The notes under the pieces are model-generated. The model made no database searches, had not been told where the DNA came from, and saw only the letters and a program-made list of their open reading frames with translations. From Mycobacterium tuberculosis H37Rv (GTDB lineage Bacteria > Actinomycetota > Actinomycetes > Mycobacteriales > Mycobacteriaceae), in contig NC_000962.3 of assembly GCF_000195955.2 (NCBI RefSeq), positions 3,720,001 to 3,752,000 of the forward strand: a stretch of 32,000 bases of DNA, written 5' to 3'. Made by a program: the position numbers and the translations under genes. This document shows positions 29,701-32,000 of the stretch, piece by piece; position 1 is the stretch's first letter, and each line of letters starts with the position of its first letter.

Positions 29701-32000
29701 GCGGCAGGGCCAATCCGCCCAGCGTTGCCGAAGTAAGGGGTATGGCGACCTGTATCTGAACCGAGATTGTGGGATCGGGAAATTCATTTGGGAACGCGTC
29801 GTGGAGGAACTGAAGCTTGAGGTTAACGTTGAACGGATTGAGCTGGACGTTTGAGACGGTGATCGGGCCGAACCTGAATTGTCCGGTAATGCCCAGCGCA
29901 GAAAGCAGGGTGGTGGCCGGGGCGGTGAAGCCGGCGTCGGCGGCACCGTCGAAGTCGATGTGGATTGCCGGAATGGGGATGTCCGGCACGGCGAAGCCGT
30001 AGTTCGCTTGTCCCGTGAGGCCCAGGTGGATGGGGGGAAGGATCGTGGTGTCCGGGATGATAATGGGGCCGATGCCGCCGGTTGAAGTCCAGTGGATCGG
30101 GAATTCGGGAATCGTGATGCCGACGTTCAGGCCGAACAGGCCCTCGAAGTTGCCTCGCCACAAGATGCCGTTGCTGAAGTTGCCCGACATGAGGGCGCCG
30201 GTGTCGACATTGCCCGAATTGGCGACGCCGGTGTTGGCGTTGCCGGTGTTGAACCAGCCGGTGTTGATGCTGCCCGGGTTGAAACCACCGGTGTTGGTGT
30301 CACCCACATTGAAGCTGCCCGTGTTGTACGACCCAGGGTTGGCCACACCGGTATTGAAATTACCGGCATTGAAAAGCCCAGTACTGCCCGTTCCGCCATT
30401 GCCGATGCCGGTGTTGAAGCTGCCCGAGTTGAACAACCCGAAGTTCCCGGTCCCGGAGTTGAACAACCCGACGTTGCCGGTGCCGGAGTTGAACAACCCG
30501 ATGTTGCCGGCACCGGAGTTCAAGCCGCCGATCCCAGTCTGGTTGTCCCCGGTCAGCCCAATCCCGAGGTTGTTGGTGCCGGTGTTACCGAACCCGATGT
30601 TGCCCACACCCATGTTGCCGAAGCCGACGTTGCCGCTGCCGGCATTGCCCAACCCGATGTTGCCCACCCCGGCCAGGCCCGCCGCCAGACCCGCATTGCC
30701 CAACCCGAAGTTGGCATCGCCGATATTGCCGAACCCGACGTTGCCGCCGCCGACATTGCCCAAACCCACGTTCAAGTCGCCGATATTGGCCGCACCCAGG
30801 TTGAAGTCCCCGACGTTGCCGAAACCGACGTTTACGCTGCCCACATCGGCCAACCCGAGATTGATGATGAGGCTCTGGTTGAGTGCCGTCCCCGCCGAGG
30901 ACAACCCCGACAGCTGCTCACCAACATTGCCGATGCCCGAGACCACCGCCGGGGTCCCCGGCGGCAACCCGCCGGTGTTGTACAGCCCCGACACACCCGA
31001 GCCGAAGTTCAGCACACCCGATCCCAGCGAACCGAAATTGGCGAAACCCGAACCCGCCCCAGCCACCTCGGTCTGCGCCTGGTTCCACCAACCCGAGCTG
31101 CCCGCACCGAAATTCCCGAAGCCCGACACCCCACCGTCGCCGGAGTTGAAGAAACCCGACGACGGAGCGGTGGTCGTGTTGCCAAAGCCCGGGGTCGCCG
31201 GGATATTAACGCCGTTGATCAGGATAGGGCCGACAGTGACGCTGGCGCCGAGGTTCAGCGGGATGCGGTCGATCGTGATCGGCGGGGTGCTGAAGCCGTC
31301 AATCTGGCCGTCTATGTCGATCGTCAGCGGCAGCGGCGCAGCGGGAATGGTGAAGCCCGGGATCGTGAATCCCAGCGTGCCGATCGACGCGCTGGCCAGC
31401 AGCGCCAGTGGATTGTTGGGAATACTGATGCCATTCGGGAAGATCGTTACTGCCGGGGTACTCCAGTTGACGGTCACCGGGAATGACTGGTTAATTCTGG
31501 TGTCGATATTAAGGTTACCTAATTGGAGGGTGACGTTGCCGGCAAGATCTTTGATTTCGATTCCTGAAATGTTGACGACCCCCAAGCCAAAGAAGGGGCC
31601 GACGGGGAAAGTCGTGTTGAAGTTCTGAGCCGGGAACAGGGTGATGGGCGAGATGGTGATGGGGCCGACGCTGATAGGTATGGCCGTACCGCCACCAAAA
31701 GCGGGGATCACGATGTCCGGAACGACCAGCGGGCCGAGGCTGAAGGTTTGGTGAATGTTGAGCGGGATGGTGGGCAAAATCTGGATCGGCAACACGGTGA
31801 TGGGGCCGACGCCGCCGTTGAGCTCGAGACCAATGGGGATCGCCGGAATGGTCGATCCACCGGAGAGCCCCCACAGGCCCTCGTAGTCACCCCGCCACAG
31901 CACACCGTTGCTGAAGTTGCCCGAGATGAACGCGCCGGTGTTGACATTGCCCGAGTTGGCGATGCCGGTGTTGGTGTTGCCGGTGTTCAGCCAGCCGGTG
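23711..32000 (-). CDS. PPE55: PPE family protein, MPTR subfamily; C-terminal >2760 codons, with the 5' end (PPE domain) beyond the window end
   Basis: The frame is open from 32000 down to TAA 23713-23711. The track's M at 31903 is an internal GTG (..[14 protein letters not shown]..), and sequence upstream of it still reads [32 protein letters not shown]. It has the same NxGxGNxG and Pro/Ile-spacer architecture as PPE54. Confidence 0.93.
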   Translation of the reverse strand, partial: TGWLNTGNTNTGIANSGNVNTGAFISGNFSNGVLWRGDYEGLWGLSGGSTIPAIPIGLELNGGVGPITVLPIQILPTIPLNIHQTFSLGPLVVPDIVIPAFGGGTAIPISVGPITISPITLFPAQNFNTTFPVGPFFGLGVVNISGIEIKDLAGNVTLQLGNLNIDTRINQSFPVTVNWSTPAVTIFPNGISIPNNPLALLASASIGTLGFTIPGFTIPAAPLPLTIDIDGQIDGFSTPPITIDRIPLNLGASVTVGPILINGVNIPATPGFGNTTTAPSSGFFNSGDGGVSGFGNFGAGSSGWWNQAQTEVAGAGSGFANFGSLGSGVLNFGSGVSGLYNTGGLPPGTPAVVSGIGNVGEQLSGLSSAGTALNQSLIINLGLADVGSVNVGFGNVGDFNLGAANIGDLNVGLGNVGGGNVGFGNIGDANFGLGNAGLAAGLAGVGNIGLGNAGSGNVGFGNMGVGNIGFGNTGTNNLGIGLTGDNQTGIGGLNSGAGNIGLFNSGTGNVGLFNSGTGNFGLFNSGSFNTGIGNGGTGSTGLFNAGNFNTGVANPGSYNTGSFNVGDTNTGGFNPGSINTGWFNTGNANTGVANSGNVDTGALMSGNFSNGILWRGNFEGLFGLNVGITIPEFPIHWTSTGGIGPIIIPDTTILPPIHLGLTGQANYGFAVPDIPIPAIHIDFDGAADAGFTAPATTLLSALGITGQFRFGPITVSNVQLNPFNVNLKLQFLHDAFPNEFPDPTISVQIQVAIPLTSATLGGLALPLQQTIDAIELPAISFSQSIPIDIPPIDIPASTINGISMSEVVPIDVSVDIPAVTITGTRIDPIPLNFDVLSSAGPINISIIDIPALPGFGNSTELPSSGFFNTGGGGGSGIANFGAGVSGLLNQASSPMVGTLSGLGNAGSLASGVLNSGVDISGMFNVSTLGSAPAVISGFGNLGNHVSGVSIDGLLAMLTSGGSGGSGQPSIIDAAIAELRHLNPLNIVNLGNVGSYNLGFANVGDVNLGAGNLGNLNLGGGNLGGQNLGLGNLGDGNVGFGNLGHGNVGFGNSGLGALPGIGNIGLGNAGSNNVGFGNMGLGNIGFGNTGTNNLGIGLTGDNQTGFGGLNSGAGNLGLFNSGTGNIGFFNTGTGNWGLFNSGSYNTGIGNSGTGSTGLFNAGSFNTGLANAGSYNTGSLNAGNTNTGGFNPGNVNTGWFNAGHTNTGGFNTGNVNTGAFNSGSFNNGALWTGDHHGLVGFSYSIEITGSTLVDINETLNLGPVHIDQIDIPGMSLFDIHELVNIGPFRIEPIDVPAVVLDIHETMVIPPIVFLPSMTIGGQTYTIPLDTPPAPAPPPFRLPLLFVNALGDNWIVGASNSTGMSGGFVTAPTQGILIHTGPSSATTGSLALTLPTVTIPTITTSPIPLKIDVSGGLPAFTLFPGGLNIPQNAIPLTIDASGVLDPITIFPGGFTIDPLPLSLALNISVPDSSVPIIIVPPTPGFGNATATPSSGFFNSGAGGVSGFGNFGAGSSGWWNQAHAALAGAGSGVLNVGTLNSGVLNVGSGISGLYNTAIVGLGTPALVSGAGNVGQQLSGVLAAGTALTQSPIINLGLADVGNYNLGLGNVGDFNLGAANLGDLNLGLGNIGNANVGFGNIGHGNVGFGNSGLGAALGIGNIGLGNAGSTNVGLANMGVGNIGFANTGTNNLGIGLTGDNQTGIGGLNSGAGNIGLFNSGTGNIGFFNSGTGNWGLFNSGSFNTGIGNSGTGSTGLFNAGGFTTGLANAGSYNTGSFNVGDTNTGGFNPGSINTGWFNTGNANTGIANSGNVDTGALMSGNFSNGILWRGNYEGLFSYSYSLDVPRITILDAHFTGAFGPVVVPPIPVLAINAHLTGNAAMGAFTIPQIDIPALNPNVTGSVGFGPIAVPSVTIPALTAARAVLDMAASVGATSEIEPFIVWTSSGAIGPTWYSVGRIYNAGDLFVGGNIISGIPTLSTTGPVHAVFNAASQAFNTPALNIHQIPLGFQVPGSIDAITLFPGGLTFPANSLLNLDVFVGTPGATIPAITFPEIPANADGELYVIAGDIPLINIPPTPGIGNTTTVPSSGFFNTGAGGGSGFGNFGANMSGWWNQAHTALAGAGSGIANVGTLHSGVLNLGSGLSGIYNTSTLPLGTPALVSGLGNVGDHLSGLLASNVGQNPITIVNIGLANVGNGNVGLGNIGNLNLGAANIGDVNLGFGNIGDVNLGFGNIGGGNVGFGNIGDANFGFGNSGLAAGLAGMGNIGLGNAGSGNVGWANMGLGNIGFGNTGTNNLGIGLTGDNQSGIGGLNSGTGNIGLFNSGTGNIGFFNSGTANFGLFNSGSYNTGIGNSGVASTGLVNAGGFNTGVANAGSYNTGSFNAGDTNTGGFNPGSTNTGWFNTGNANTGVANAGNVNTGALITGNFSNGILWRGNYEGLAGFSFGYPIPLFPAVGADVTGDIGPATIIPPIHIPSIPLGFAAIGHIGPISIPNIAIPSIHLGIDPTFDVGPITVDPITLTIPGLSLDAAVSEIRMTSGSSSGFKVRPSFSFFAVGPDGMPGGEVSILQPFTVAPINLNPTTLHFPGFTIPTGPIHIGLPLSLTIPGFTIPGGTLIPQLPLGLGLSGGTPPFDLPTVVIDRIPVELHASTTIGPVSLPIFGFGGAPGFGNDTTAPSSGFFNTGGGGGSGFSNSGSGMSGVLNAISDPLLGSASGFANFGTQLSGILNRGAGISGVYNTGTLGLVTSAFVSGFMNVGQQLSGLLFAGTGP

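Overview
High-GC actinobacterial chromosome. From memory, gene order, protein lengths and sequences match the Mycobacterium tuberculosis complex region Rv3333c-Rv3347c; I cannot verify this here. The left third (1-9.4 kb) is housekeeping. It holds a DUF732/proline-rich secreted protein (partial), a MerR-family regulator with a perfect 22-bp operator, a YihY-family membrane protein and trpS. It also holds an alpha/beta-hydrolase split by a frameshift, a long hairpin between convergent genes, icd1, and a SAM-IV riboswitch leading a metC(metY-type)-metA(metX-type)-methyltransferase operon. The right two thirds (9.4-32 kb) is almost entirely giant minus-strand PE/PPE genes: PPE54 (2523 aa, MPTR type), a PE_PGRS gene broken by a frameshift (PE_PGRS50 plus PE_PGRS49) and most of PPE55. 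Between PE_PGRS50 and PPE55 lie a small membrane protein and what I read as an unannotated relic of a yefM/yoeB (relJ/relK-like) toxin-antitoxin pair. I found no convincing novel multi-gene system (no defence, secretion or biosynthetic cluster). The most check-worthy items are: (1) the CueR/copA-style divergent promoter next to the MerR gene, which has no metal-efflux target; (2) three near-identical, in-frame ~0.65-0.7 kb direct repeats inside PPE54; (3) the C-run frameshift splitting PE_PGRS50/49; (4) the TA relic; (5) a SAM-dependent methyltransferase translationally coupled to metX under SAM-riboswitch control. Many long ORFs in the track are antisense or alternate-frame artefacts of GC-rich repeats and are rejected.
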